Virus record (IMG/VR): IMGVR_UViG_3300023184_000024
Location: 288,755 to 352,754 of that record
DNA length: 64,000 bases
Direction: 5' to 3' (one strand)
The notes below the pieces were generated by a model. That model made no database searches. It saw only the letters and a program-made list of their open reading frames with translations, and was not told the DNA's origin. Of the stretch, positions 19,557-30,183 are shown in pieces; within the stretch, counting starts at the first letter, position 1; the number at the start of each line of letters is the position of its first letter. Both the position numbers and the translations under genes were made by a program.

Positions 19557-20270
19557 TTGTATAATCCAAAATTTGATTATAAGTCCATACCAAGAGTCAC
19601 AATTGAAGGAAAAAGATTTTATTCCACGCCCGATGGCAACAATCTGCCAAGTGTGACAACGATACTTGACAAAACCAAAAGCGAAGAAAAAAAGCAGATT
19701 CTAGAGCAGTGGCGCCGCCGTGTTGGATATGAAAAGGCACAGCAAATCACCACGGAAGCTGCCAATCGCGGCACACGTATGCATACGTATCTAGAACAGT
19801 ATGTGCGTGATGGTGCTATCAAAGATCCAGGCAGCAATCCCTATACATGGCCCAGCCATGCCATGGCCAAAGTTGTTGTAGACAAAGGTTTAAAGAATGT
19901 AAGTGAGTTCTGGGGCATTGAAGTACCCTTGTACTTTCCGGGGATCTATGCAGGCACAACAGATGGCGCTGGCATCCATTTAAATGAAGAAGCCATACTA
20001 GATTACAAGCAAACCAACAAACCCAAAAAACGCGAATGGATTGACGATTATTTTGTGCAATTGTGTGCGTATGCCGAAGCACACAACGAAATACACGGAA
20101 CAAAAATACGCAAAGGTGTGGTACTGATGTGCGTTAAACCTGATCTAGACGAACAGTTTAACATTATTAAACCCCCGGAGTATCAGGAGTTTGTATTAGA
20201 AGGCGCAGAGTTTGACAAATATCGCGATTTGTGGTGGCGCAAGGTCGAAGAATTTTATCTTCAACACTGA
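19557..20270 (+). CDS. PD-(D/E)XK exonuclease (Cas4/RecB-like fold)
   Basis: PSVTTIL, RGTRMH, AGTTD, LDYK, QLCAYA; probable TTG start just after the iscA stop. Confidence 0.8.
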   Translation: MYNPKFDYKSIPRVTIEGKRFYSTPDGNNLPSVTTILDKTKSEEKKQILEQWRRRVGYEKAQQITTEAANRGTRMHTYLEQYVRDGAIKDPGSNPYTWPSHAMAKVVVDKGLKNVSEFWGIEVPLYFPGIYAGTTDGAGIHLNEEAILDYKQTNKPKKREWIDDYFVQLCAYAEAHNEIHGTKIRKGVVLMCVKPDLDEQFNIIKPPEYQEFVLEGAEFDKYRDLWWRKVEEFYLQH

Positions 20271-20332
20271 ATAGTGTTGTCTGTTTGGGATTGAAATCCT
20301 GAATAAATAACAACACAATACGGATCTCAAAC

Positions 20333-21886
20333 ATGGCAATATTACAAATATCGCGGATTACCAATAGAAAAGGGCTAACCGAAAACCTACCACAGCTCTC
20401 TGGTGCTGAATTAGGCTGGTGCATCGATAGCCGCCGTTTATTCATCGGCAATGGAACATTACAAGACGGCGCACCTGTAATTGGAAATACTGAACTTTTA
20501 ACTCAATTTTCTGATATCTCGGGACTCAGCACTTACACTTACAAAGATGTGGTAGTCGGCTACACTGCACAAACAGGCCCTACTCCCAACACTCCAGTGG
20601 TAAGAACAGTACAAGCAAAACTTGATGACTTTGCTGATGTGCGCGACTTTGGAGCAGTGGGTGATGGAGTCGCCGATGATACAGATGCTATCAATCGTGC
20701 ATTGTATCAATTGTACTGCCGTGAAAACAATTCGCAAATTAGAAGAACTTTGTATTTTCCAGCAGGAACATACCGCGTCAGTGAATCTATTGTCATTCCC
20801 ACTTATGCAAAATTAGTAGGTGAAGGCGCCAATTGTTCAATAATCTACTTAGACGTGCAGGGCGGCACTGTTCCTGACTACGTGGCCAGATACGGCGACA
20901 GTCGCCAGCAGACTGGTCCTAACATTGGCAACAATGGAGCCGTTGCACCAAGAAACATTGAAATATCTAGCATGACATTTCAAAGTTTGGAGTACACTGA
21001 TATTTTCTTTGTTGAAATGGCAAGTCAGTGTTATTTTGATAGCGTAAATTTCATTGGTATTGTTACCACAGAAGAAATCATTGACCCTGGATTTAATCCA
21101 GCATTTGACAATTACTCTGGAGTGAAATTTAACAGCAATGGAACACTGATAACCAATCAACTTACATTTGACAAATGTTTATTTTCAAATTTAACTTATG
21201 GTATTTACGGAGACGTTGTCACTGAAAGTATCACAGTAAGCAATGGCAAGTTTGACACACTGTACCAAGGAATATATCTTGACATTGATATCACTGGTTT
21301 CCGTGCTCTGAGCAACATGTTTGACAACATCTATGCTGAAGGTGTTTACTTCAACGATGTCAGTATGAATATGACTGCACACAACGCATTTTATAATGTG
21401 GGATGCGCGATAGGCAGTAGCTCTCCGACATCACCAATGATTACATTTTACAACGACAACAATGTATCACTCAGTGACATGTTTGAAAGATCCGATGTTG
21501 ATGCTAACACGTACCCAAGAGTAAGTATTTTAGGCAGCACGTCAGTGACTGGCGGCACACAAATTCAACTTGGAAGATATGCTCGAGAAGTTGGTCACAC
21601 TGCCAGCTTGACCAACAACACACTCAGCGCCACAACAATTTTTACTATTAATACTTTGTTTATTAAGGCATTCACAATTGATTATACAATTACTCGTACC
21701 GGTATTACAAGGACCGGGGCAATGAAAGTAACAGGTTCTAACTATGATGACGAGTTTTCACAAGATGGGGCCACTGGCGTTACTCTTTCGGCTACAAAAT
21801 CGGGAAACACAGTGTCAGTAAAATACACAACCACCAACACTGGCGATAACGCTATTTTCACTTACTCTATATCACACCTTGCTTGA
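20333..21886 (+). CDS. Tail spike/fibre protein with pectate-lyase-like beta-helix
   Basis: N-terminal ELGW..D..RLFIGNG, VRDFGAVGDGVADDT..LYFPAGTY; TAAATA at 20304. Confidence 0.75.
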   Translation: MAILQISRITNRKGLTENLPQLSGAELGWCIDSRRLFIGNGTLQDGAPVIGNTELLTQFSDISGLSTYTYKDVVVGYTAQTGPTPNTPVVRTVQAKLDDFADVRDFGAVGDGVADDTDAINRALYQLYCRENNSQIRRTLYFPAGTYRVSESIVIPTYAKLVGEGANCSIIYLDVQGGTVPDYVARYGDSRQQTGPNIGNNGAVAPRNIEISSMTFQSLEYTDIFFVEMASQCYFDSVNFIGIVTTEEIIDPGFNPAFDNYSGVKFNSNGTLITNQLTFDKCLFSNLTYGIYGDVVTESITVSNGKFDTLYQGIYLDIDITGFRALSNMFDNIYAEGVYFNDVSMNMTAHNAFYNVGCAIGSSSPTSPMITFYNDNNVSLSDMFERSDVDANTYPRVSILGSTSVTGGTQIQLGRYAREVGHTASLTNNTLSATTIFTINTLFIKAFTIDYTITRTGITRTGAMKVTGSNYDDEFSQDGATGVTLSATKSGNTVSVKYTTTNTGDNAIFTYSISHLA

Positions 21887-22311
21887 TGTGGCCTGTACTA
21901 TTTGAAGAACGACTCAGTAGTTGGGTCCATCTTCGCCAGCATGCACCAACTCAGGACATTGAGTCAATGTTGCACGATGTTAATCTTTGGTGGGGGTGTT
22001 GTCCGACAGTAAATAGACATTTACACTGGGACGACAAGTCAAATTGGCCAAGTCCCTGGGAATTATTATCCGATAATAACTTTTGTAATCTTGCAAAAGC
22101 ACTAGGAATAGTGTATACTTTATTAATGGTAGAGCATCCAGATGTAAAACAAATACAAATAGCACAGACCGATGAAGACAATTTAGTCCTGGTCAACAAT
22201 GGGAAATATACACTGAATTGGGCACCACGAGAAGTTGTAAATATCGAATCCGTTAATACTAGCATCAAGAAAACCATTGATGCCAGTGAGCTCATCCATT
22301 TTATCAAATAA
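21883..22311 (+). CDS. Hypothetical protein
   Basis: 142-aa ORF coupled to the tail gene. Confidence 0.6.
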   Translation: MMWPVLFEERLSSWVHLRQHAPTQDIESMLHDVNLWWGCCPTVNRHLHWDDKSNWPSPWELLSDNNFCNLAKALGIVYTLLMVEHPDVKQIQIAQTDEDNLVLVNNGKYTLNWAPREVVNIESVNTSIKKTIDASELIHFIK

Positions 22312-22318
22312 AACAACA

Positions 22319-24631
22319 ATGACACAAATACAAGTACAAAAAAGAGACGGGCAACGAGAGCCGTTAGACATAGAAAAGCTTCACAAAGTAGTTTTTTGGG
22401 CCACACAAGGAATCACAGGAGTATCAGCAAGCGAAGTTGAAATAAAAAGCCACATTCAATTTTACAATGGCATTAAAACCGCAGACATACAAGAAACATT
22501 AATTAAATCTGCCGCTGATCTTATCAGTGAAGAAACACCAAATTATCAATATGTAGCCGGCCGACTAATCAGTTATCACATTCGTAAACAAGTGTATGGT
22601 ACCTATCAACCTTGCAGTGTTTATGAACTAGTCAAACAGAACGTAGACAATGGATTTTATGATCCTGAATTATTGCAATCATACACTGAAGAAGAATGGA
22701 ATAGAATCAACGGATTTGTTCGACATGACAGAGATGAAGAGTTAACGTATGCTGCCATGGAACAATTTCGTAGCAAGTATCTAGTTCAAAACAGAGTGAC
22801 CAAGGTATTGTACGAAACTCCGCAGATGGCTTACATCTTAATTGCTGCCACATTGTTTAGCAGTTACTCCAAAGACACTCGATTGATGTGGATCAAAGAT
22901 TATTATGATGCAATCAGCACACATCAGATTAGCCTGCCAACTCCGGTCATGGCCGGTGTAAGAACACCGCAACGACAATTTTCCAGCTGTGTGTTGATTG
23001 AAACAGATGATAGTCTTGACAGCATCAACGCCACTGTGGCCAGTGTGGTCAAGTATGTGAGTCAAAAAGCTGGAATTGGAATTGGCGGTAGCAGAATACG
23101 TGCACTCGGCAGCCCCATTCGCAACGGAGATGCTTACCATACAGGAGTCATTCCTTTTTATAAATTGTTTCAAGCAGCCACTCGTAGTTGCAGTCAAGGC
23201 GGAGTGCGCAACGGTGCCGCGACACTTTACTATCCAATCTGGCACTTGGAAGTTGAAGACCTATTGGTGTTAAAAAATAACAAAGGCACCGAAGATAATC
23301 GAGTGCGCCACATGGACTACGGTGTTCAATTCAACAAAGTCATGTACGAAAGACTGTTGACCAACAGTGACATTACCTTGTTCAGCCCGCATGATGTTCC
23401 AGAAATGTTTGATGCGTTTTTTACTGATGTAGACCGATTCCGAGAGTTGTATGAAACTGCCGAACGTAATACCAAATTGCGCAAGAAAAAAATTAAAGCA
23501 GTGGACTTGTTTAGCAAGTTTATTCAAGAACGCAAAGACACTGGTCGTGTTTATCTAATGAATGTTGACCATGCCAACACTCACAGTAGCTTTAAACCCG
23601 AGCTTGCTCCAATACGACAAAGTAATCTTTGTTGCGAAATCAATCTCCCAACCAAGCCATTGAGTGATATCAATGACCCCAATGGGGAAATTGCACTGTG
23701 CACACTCAGCGCCATCAATTGGGGCGTGTTCAAAGAACCACACGACATGGAAAAGGCCTGTGTGTTGGCTGTGCGTGGTCTTGATGCATTATTAAGTTAT
23801 CAAGGCTACCCAATATTGGCAGCCAAAATGGCCACCATGAATCGTCGTCCCCTGGGCGTTGGCATCATTAATCTGGCATATTGGCTGGCCAAGAATGACC
23901 TCAGCTACAGCAATCCTAAAGCATTGGCCAAAGTTGATGAATGGGCACAACACTGGAGTTATTACTTGATCAAGGCATCTGCAGACCTAGCAAGAGAACA
24001 AGGTGCATGCCCCAAGAGCAATGAGACTCGCTATCACGATGGCATACTTCCTGTTGACACTTACAAAAAAGAAGTTGACGAACTGATACCGCACGTAGAC
24101 GCAGTTGATTGGGCCGGTCTAAGAGCACAGTTAAAAACATTTGGCATTCGCAACAGCACATTAATGGCATTGATGCCAGCTGAAACAAGTGCACAAATTT
24201 CCAATTCAACAAATGGAGTTGAACCACCAAGAAGTTATGTGAGCATCAAGCAGAGCAAAGATGGTGTACTTAAACAAGTAGTACCTGAGTATCGTAGACT
24301 CAAGAACAAATATGAATTGCTATGGGATCAAAAGTCTCCGGTGGGGTATTTGCAAATCATGGCAGTGTTACAAAAATACATTGACCAAGGCATTTCTGTA
24401 AACACCAGTTATAACCCACAGCACTACGAGGATGAAAAGATTCCAATGAGTGACATGCTGACACACATAATTATGTTTTACAAATATGGCGGCAAGCAAC
24501 TTTATTACTTTAATACATTTGATGGGTCTGGAGAAATTGATTTAGATCGATTGTCGCAAAAACAGATGTTGGTTGAAAGTGTGGGCATGTCTGTGCAAGA
24601 TGACGAAGACTGCGACTCCTGCAAAATTTAA
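22319..24631 (+). CDS. nrdA: Ribonucleotide reductase class Ia, alpha subunit
   Basis: ATP cone (VQKRDG), PTP, FSSCVL, SNLCCEI, LYY, C-terminal CDSC. Confidence 0.97.
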   Translation: MTQIQVQKRDGQREPLDIEKLHKVVFWATQGITGVSASEVEIKSHIQFYNGIKTADIQETLIKSAADLISEETPNYQYVAGRLISYHIRKQVYGTYQPCSVYELVKQNVDNGFYDPELLQSYTEEEWNRINGFVRHDRDEELTYAAMEQFRSKYLVQNRVTKVLYETPQMAYILIAATLFSSYSKDTRLMWIKDYYDAISTHQISLPTPVMAGVRTPQRQFSSCVLIETDDSLDSINATVASVVKYVSQKAGIGIGGSRIRALGSPIRNGDAYHTGVIPFYKLFQAATRSCSQGGVRNGAATLYYPIWHLEVEDLLVLKNNKGTEDNRVRHMDYGVQFNKVMYERLLTNSDITLFSPHDVPEMFDAFFTDVDRFRELYETAERNTKLRKKKIKAVDLFSKFIQERKDTGRVYLMNVDHANTHSSFKPELAPIRQSNLCCEINLPTKPLSDINDPNGEIALCTLSAINWGVFKEPHDMEKACVLAVRGLDALLSYQGYPILAAKMATMNRRPLGVGIINLAYWLAKNDLSYSNPKALAKVDEWAQHWSYYLIKASADLAREQGACPKSNETRYHDGILPVDTYKKEVDELIPHVDAVDWAGLRAQLKTFGIRNSTLMALMPAETSAQISNSTNGVEPPRSYVSIKQSKDGVLKQVVPEYRRLKNKYELLWDQKSPVGYLQIMAVLQKYIDQGISVNTSYNPQHYEDEKIPMSDMLTHIIMFYKYGGKQLYYFNTFDGSGEIDLDRLSQKQMLVESVGMSVQDDEDCDSCKI

Positions 24632-24674
24632 AAGAGAACAAAATGAAAACAAGAAACTATACGGAGCAACTACA

Positions 24675-25802
24675 ATGTCAGTGTTAAATTTAAAAAAGAA
24701 TCATGACCATACAACCAGCCTGGCATTTCTAGACCCCAACGGCGGCGTAGGAATGCAAAGATTTGACACATTGAAATATCGTCAATTTGATAAACTCACT
24801 GACAAACAATTGGGATTTTTTTGGCGACCCGAAGAAGTTGATGTATTGCGTGATGCCAAAGACTTCAAAGACTTGACAAACTTTGAACAACATATTTTTA
24901 CCAGCAACCTAAAAAGACAAATTTTATTAGACAGTGTTCAAGGTCGAGCACCCAGTTTAGGATTCATGCCATTGACCAGCCTGCCTGAACTAGAGACTTG
25001 GATTGCTACTTGGACATTTTCAGAAACCATTCATAGTCGTAGCTACACACACATTATTCGAAATATTTTTTCAGAGCCTGGACGAGTGTTTGATGAAATG
25101 TTGGACATTGCTGAAATTGTTGACTGTGCCCACGACATCACTCGTTACTACGATGATTTAGTTGAGTATGGGTTGTGGTATCAAACCTTGGGCGTTGGTA
25201 CGCATACAGTAAATGATAAAACAATTGTCATCAATGAGTATGATCTTAAGAAAAAACTATGGTTAGCACTTGCATCAGTTAATGTGCTCGAAGGTATTCG
25301 TTTTTATGTTAGCTTTGCGTGTAGTTGGGCGTTTGCCGAACTCAAGAAAATGGAAGGCAATGCTAAAATAATCAAGTTCATTGCGAGAGATGAAAATGTG
25401 CACTTGGCATTTACTCAACAGATTCTCAAATTGTTGCCAGGCGATGATGCAGATTTTGTTAAGATACGTGAAGAAACACAAACTGAAATGATCAAGATGT
25501 TTGGATCGGCAGTTGAACAAGAAAAAGTCTGGGCAAAATATCTATTCAAAGATGGCAGTATGATTGGGCTCAACCAACAATTGTTATGCGAGTACGTTGA
25601 CTGGATTGCCAACAAGCGCATGACAGCCATTGGGTTGCCAAGTCCATACAAAGGAGGGTCAAACCCACTGCCCTGGACTGCTAAATGGATTGCTGGTGCT
25701 GATGTGCAGGTTGCACCCCAAGAGACAGAAATTTCCAGCTACATTGTGGGTGGCACCAAACAAGATGTAACAGAAACAACATTATCAGGATTGAGTTTAT
25801 GA
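24675..25802 (+). CDS. nrdB: Ribonucleotide reductase class Ia, beta subunit
   Basis: FFWRPEEV, ETIHSRSY, EGIRFY, DENVH, APQETE. Confidence 0.97.
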   Translation: MSVLNLKKNHDHTTSLAFLDPNGGVGMQRFDTLKYRQFDKLTDKQLGFFWRPEEVDVLRDAKDFKDLTNFEQHIFTSNLKRQILLDSVQGRAPSLGFMPLTSLPELETWIATWTFSETIHSRSYTHIIRNIFSEPGRVFDEMLDIAEIVDCAHDITRYYDDLVEYGLWYQTLGVGTHTVNDKTIVINEYDLKKKLWLALASVNVLEGIRFYVSFACSWAFAELKKMEGNAKIIKFIARDENVHLAFTQQILKLLPGDDADFVKIREETQTEMIKMFGSAVEQEKVWAKYLFKDGSMIGLNQQLLCEYVDWIANKRMTAIGLPSPYKGGSNPLPWTAKWIAGADVQVAPQETEISSYIVGGTKQDVTETTLSGLSL

Positions 25803-26074
25803 AAAAATTAACAGTATATTCCAAAACCGTTTGTCCGTACTGCGTACAGGCAAAATCATTTTTAAAATCAAAGGGTATTGCCTTTGATGAAATCAACATT
25901 GAGACAACGCCCGAAGCACGTGAATTTATCATGACCGAAGGGCATCGAACAGTACCACAAATTTATATTGATGGTAAAATATTTGTTGAAGGTGGTTGGC
26001 AAGGTTTAAGTAAGTTAAGCGCAGACGATATTAAAACACGTCTAGCCATTGCCGAAAACCCAGGAACAATATGA
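25799..26074 (+). CDS. Glutaredoxin
   Basis: CPYC, RTVPQI; adjacent to nrdAB. Confidence 0.92.
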   Translation: MKKLTVYSKTVCPYCVQAKSFLKSKGIAFDEINIETTPEAREFIMTEGHRTVPQIYIDGKIFVEGGWQGLSKLSADDIKTRLAIAENPGTI

Positions 26075-26373
26075 AAATTAACACAAACAAAACTTATACA
26101 TTTAAACTAGTATCTGGCGAAGAGTTTATTGCCAAAGTAATTGAAATCAACGAAGATCATTTGATCATTGCACACCCAATCAGCATGGTGTTAAGTCCCA
26201 AAGGACTAGAAATGATGCCAAGTCTGTTTTCAGCAGATGCCCAAGCAAATGTGCGGCTAAATAATAGCAGTTACTCGATGGTCACTGAGCCACGGGAGGA
26301 TGTTTCTGATAGCTATTTTCAGGCCACAACTGGAATCTCAGTTCCGCCAAGGAAGCAGATTATTACCGGTTAA
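26071..26373 (+). CDS. Hypothetical protein (Sm-like fold suspected)
   Basis: FKLVSGEEFIAK N-terminal pattern. Confidence 0.5.
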   Translation: MKINTNKTYTFKLVSGEEFIAKVIEINEDHLIIAHPISMVLSPKGLEMMPSLFSADAQANVRLNNSSYSMVTEPREDVSDSYFQATTGISVPPRKQIITG

Positions 26374-26376
26374 TCG

Positions 26377-26589
26377 ATGCATCGGTTTGACATAATGGTC
26401 AATGGGGAAGTTGTAACCTTTACTAGGTTTGACGACATTCCCAAGGTGTTCGAACATGTAATAGCGTTTGTACCAGAAATACCCCCTCCTCCGCACTCAG
26501 ACTCTGATCATGAGGAAATTGAGCAGTGGAATGTTAAATTTAAACAGTTAATGGAGATAGAATATGCCAGCAGTAGCAAGAGCAGGTGA
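26377..26589 (+). CDS. Hypothetical protein
   Basis: 70-aa ORF immediately before PAAR. Confidence 0.6.
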   Translation: MHRFDIMVNGEVVTFTRFDDIPKVFEHVIAFVPEIPPPPHSDSDHEEIEQWNVKFKQLMEIEYASSSKSR

Positions 26590-26851
26590 TGCAGGGGTGA
26601 TTCATTGTAGTGCATTTAAAATTGCACAAGGGTCTAACAATGTGTTTGTTAACGGAAGACCAGCGGCCCGTGCCGGTGATAAAAATACCTTGCACAAAAA
26701 TTTAGGAAAAAAATGCCCTCCGCACATAACAGCAATTTCTAGAGGTAGCAACAGTGTTTTTGTCAACAATAAACCGATTGCTCGTGTAGGTGATCCTTTT
26801 GCTCAATGCACCCGAGTGGCGCAAGGCAGCTCAAACGTGTTTGCAGGATAA
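26564..26851 (+). CDS. PAAR-repeat spike tip protein (T4 gp5.4-like)
   Basis: PAVAR, PAAR and PIAR repeats, each with GSxxVF. Confidence 0.93.
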   Translation: MPAVARAGDAGVIHCSAFKIAQGSNNVFVNGRPAARAGDKNTLHKNLGKKCPPHITAISRGSNSVFVNNKPIARVGDPFAQCTRVAQGSSNVFAG

Positions 26852-26854
26852 TCG

Positions 26855-29800
26855 ATGTCTACAGGGCCTTATAGTCCGTTAATGTTGATTGCCTCCAGTG
26901 GCTTTTTAAACAATCAAGCATTGATAGCCAACACCACTCTATCCAATGCCATTGGTGCATTTAATTCAACCACCGTGGTCGGAATGTTTAATGGTGTGGT
27001 TGCCAATGCTTTTGCAGCCGGTAATAGTATTGCTAACTCAACTAGACTAAGTTTACAAACCATGGGTGCAAATACTTTGCCGGCAGTTACAAATTCTGTG
27101 CCAGGCGAGCAGTTTGGAACATTTACTTCAGTACTTGGAGAATCGTACACAACTGGATTTTCAGGACTGGCATTGTCACAGGCACAAACTTATCTTGGCA
27201 ACGGAGACCTTGGCAAGTTTGCACAAATTTATAATACCTGTGACGGTTATAGGCAAATTACAAATCAATCGCTGACATCAACCAACAACAGTAATATATT
27301 AAATTCAACATTCATAAACATGGATGCGTTGAGTACAGGCAGCATTAGTTTAGTATCAAACAATTTTTCCAAGTTTGGCAGCGATCTTTCCAAGCTTGGA
27401 AAACTAGTGAATTTTTCATTGTTGGATTACCTAGGATATCCATGGGCACTGCTATATCAAATAATCAAAGTATCGGGCCTTACATCCACACTAAAAGCAA
27501 TATTAAACGACAATGGAGTGAGTACCACAGTATTAACACAATTGAAAAGGGGACCAACCCCGGTCAGTGGATCAATAGATAAAAAAATATACTCAGCCAT
27601 GAAAAAGGTCACCGGAACTGAATTGGCACAGGTGAAATTGTTGCTGGGTGTCACAGTGTCCGATGGTATAGTAACCTTGGCAGATTTATTAAATCCCACA
27701 AAGATATTGCCCAATAGTTATCAATCGTTGTTGGTGTCGTTGCCAACCCCGGCAACACCAACAGCCCCATCAACCACTGCCAACTTGGTTTCTTGGTCTG
27801 GAACATCCGACAGTTGGAGTAAATCTTCTACATTGACCACACAAGATGTCAATTGGGGACTGTACCGAAGCTGGTTTGGAGAAAATCCAAACACAAACTG
27901 GGGATCAAATGGAACAGTGACCGCGCTGTCGGGCACAGTCAGTGTGGCTGCCAGTGGAAAAAATGTAGACGTTGTTATTGTAGATGCAGTGGTCGATCCC
28001 AATCATCCAGAGTTTGCACTTCGTCCGGACGGATCGGGCGGAACACGGGTAAAATATTTCAACTGGTATTCATTGAATCTAGCCGGAGACCCCGCCGCCG
28101 GCAGTACATACAATCCTCCAATTACTACAACAGCACCAAATTCTGCCGATGACAGTCGTCATGCAACACATGTGGCAGGCACAGTGGCAGGTAACACACA
28201 AGGGTGGGCTCCTAATGCCAATATCTACAACATCAGCCCACAGTATGTAACTGGCGGAGTGCAATATGCTTATTTGTACAAGTATATTCTTGCATGGCAT
28301 TTGCAAAAAAAGGCAGCTGGCAATACAACTCCAACAATATGCAACAACAGTTGGTATTCACGCTACACAATACCTTACACTAGTATTACTCAATTGATCT
28401 ATCGTGGAGTCACGTACACAGGACCTTTTACTATTCCTCAATTGGCCACATATGGCATCAATGTTAACAGCTCAGGTAATGCATTAATTGGGCTACGCAA
28501 TGCGGCCATGGATGCTGATATACAGGCCTGTATCAATGCTGGAGTTGTCATGGTCGGCTGTGCTGGCAACGATGACATTAAAATCGCCGCCGACTCCACA
28601 GACGTAGATTACAACAATACAATAACTGCAACTGGATACAACAGCGGCAACCCAATATATTTTAATCGTGGTTCTTCTCCGGGATCTGCATCCAATGTTA
28701 TTTGTGTGGGTGCAATACGGTCGGCAGCAAATAATCCTCCAGGATCAGACGCCAAAGCAAATTTCAGCAGTTGCGGCCCGCGAGTTGACTTGTATGCACC
28801 TGGATCGTATATCACCAGTAGTTGGTTGACTAGCTCACCGCCCAGCGGAGGTGGATATCCTAACCCGGTGCAGGATCCTAGAAACTCCAGTTATTATCGA
28901 GCAAAGGACAGTGGAACTAGTATGGCTGCTCCTCAGGTCACCGGCGTGTTGGCCTGTGCGTTAGAAGCGTCACCGACTTTGACTCACAATGCGGCTCGAG
29001 AACTTATAATATCAAATGCTAAAATAAATCAAATTCCAGACACTGCTGGAGGCCCGACTGATCCTTATAGTTTGCAAGGTTCGCCCAATCGGTATCTTAC
29101 ATTAATAACCACACTGTATGTTAATTCTACCAGCACTGCTGGATCAACCAGCATAGCCATCTATAATTCAACTGGGACCGTGACCAGCAGTGCCTCAACA
29201 TTGATTGTTAACAATTTAAATTATATTAATTTGAAAAAAATATTGCCAGCAGACCAAGCAGCCGGTAATGAATTATGGTCTCAAAGTCTGCGACAAATTA
29301 AAAACATTTTGTCGATCAAGTTGCAAGACTTGGCCGTGGCAATCAGTGGATTGGAAACCAATGCCGGTCTTGACTCAATAAATGCGTTGACCAGCCCCGT
29401 TCCTGATAGTGTAAAACAAACAATTGAATCCAATCTAATTGGTGGGTCTGGTGACAACGGCCTAGTCACGCTGTATGATTTGCTGGGTACTGCCGCAGGA
29501 TACGTTGTACCTGGCCAATTCAGTGCTGCCGCCAACACACTAAATGCAATGCAAACAGCCAATTCTTTGTACACATTGACCAATAGCACCAGTGGAGTTT
29601 ACACAGTTATGAATAACTGTTTTGCCGGCGACTATGATGACCCAATGTCTCCTGGTGGTATTCTTATTCCTGGTAGCCTGCCCGGTGCAGGAACATATGG
29701 CAACATTGACCTTGCATTTTCTACCGGACTAATACCTGCAGGTGAGAATTTAATTTTTACAATATCAACAACCTACTCGGCCAACACTGTTAGCTTAAAC

Positions 29801-30097
29801 ACAAACTTTGTCAACATAGGCAACCAATTACAAATTGAAGCATTGAATCAAACTGCCGCACAACTTGACTACACTGTGTTGTTGGCCAATTCAAAACAGT
29901 CTGCAATGAGCATTGCCAGCGATCTTCATAATATAGGAGTCCAGATTGAACCAATGGGTCCTGCTGAATTTTTCACAGCCGTGGCCAATCTTGCTGATTT
30001 GTCTGGGCAAGCGGTGATAGGAAGTATGCGAGAAGGCCGAAATCTAGAGCTGTTAAATTCTGTGGGCATTAAATCGGACACACAGCTAGCGGCTTGA
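26855..30097 (+). CDS. Large virion-associated protein with internal S8 subtilisin-like peptidase domain
   Basis: IVD (Asp), HATHVAGTVAG (His), AGN (oxyanion Asn), SGTSMAAPQV (Ser); follows PAAR. Confidence 0.8.
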   Translation: MSTGPYSPLMLIASSGFLNNQALIANTTLSNAIGAFNSTTVVGMFNGVVANAFAAGNSIANSTRLSLQTMGANTLPAVTNSVPGEQFGTFTSVLGESYTTGFSGLALSQAQTYLGNGDLGKFAQIYNTCDGYRQITNQSLTSTNNSNILNSTFINMDALSTGSISLVSNNFSKFGSDLSKLGKLVNFSLLDYLGYPWALLYQIIKVSGLTSTLKAILNDNGVSTTVLTQLKRGPTPVSGSIDKKIYSAMKKVTGTELAQVKLLLGVTVSDGIVTLADLLNPTKILPNSYQSLLVSLPTPATPTAPSTTANLVSWSGTSDSWSKSSTLTTQDVNWGLYRSWFGENPNTNWGSNGTVTALSGTVSVAASGKNVDVVIVDAVVDPNHPEFALRPDGSGGTRVKYFNWYSLNLAGDPAAGSTYNPPITTTAPNSADDSRHATHVAGTVAGNTQGWAPNANIYNISPQYVTGGVQYAYLYKYILAWHLQKKAAGNTTPTICNNSWYSRYTIPYTSITQLIYRGVTYTGPFTIPQLATYGINVNSSGNALIGLRNAAMDADIQACINAGVVMVGCAGNDDIKIAADSTDVDYNNTITATGYNSGNPIYFNRGSSPGSASNVICVGAIRSAANNPPGSDAKANFSSCGPRVDLYAPGSYITSSWLTSSPPSGGGYPNPVQDPRNSSYYRAKDSGTSMAAPQVTGVLACALEASPTLTHNAARELIISNAKINQIPDTAGGPTDPYSLQGSPNRYLTLITTLYVNSTSTAGSTSIAIYNSTGTVTSSASTLIVNNLNYINLKKILPADQAAGNELWSQSLRQIKNILSIKLQDLAVAISGLETNAGLDSINALTSPVPDSVKQTIESNLIGGSGDNGLVTLYDLLGTAAGYVVPGQFSAAANTLNAMQTANSLYTLTNSTSGVYTVMNNCFAGDYDDPMSPGGILIPGSLPGAGTYGNIDLAFSTGLIPAGENLIFTISTTYSANTVSLNTNFVNIGNQLQIEALNQTAAQLDYTVLLANSKQSAMSIASDLHNIGVQIEPMGPAEFFTAVANLADLSGQAVIGSMREGRNLELLNSVGIKSDTQLAA

Positions 30098-30100
30098 TTC

Positions 30101-30129
30101 TTGCATTTTTTAATAGTTTATTATATACT
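30101..30129 (+). promoter_or_regulatory. sigma70-type promoter for porin
   Basis: TTGCAT-N17-TATACT; AAGGA SD downstream. Confidence 0.55.
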
Positions 30130-30183
30130 ATTTGTCTACGTGGATATATAAACACGTTCTCTGAACATTTAAAAGGAAATTTT

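Noticed and set aside
19557-20270. Cas4 as part of a CRISPR-Cas system
   Set aside because: It lacks the four-Cys Fe-S pattern and there are no cas neighbours or array; it fits an ordinary phage exonuclease.
22319-25802. Introns or inteins in nrdA/nrdB
   Set aside because: Both ORFs are continuous and of normal length; the 43-nt gap between them holds no endonuclease.
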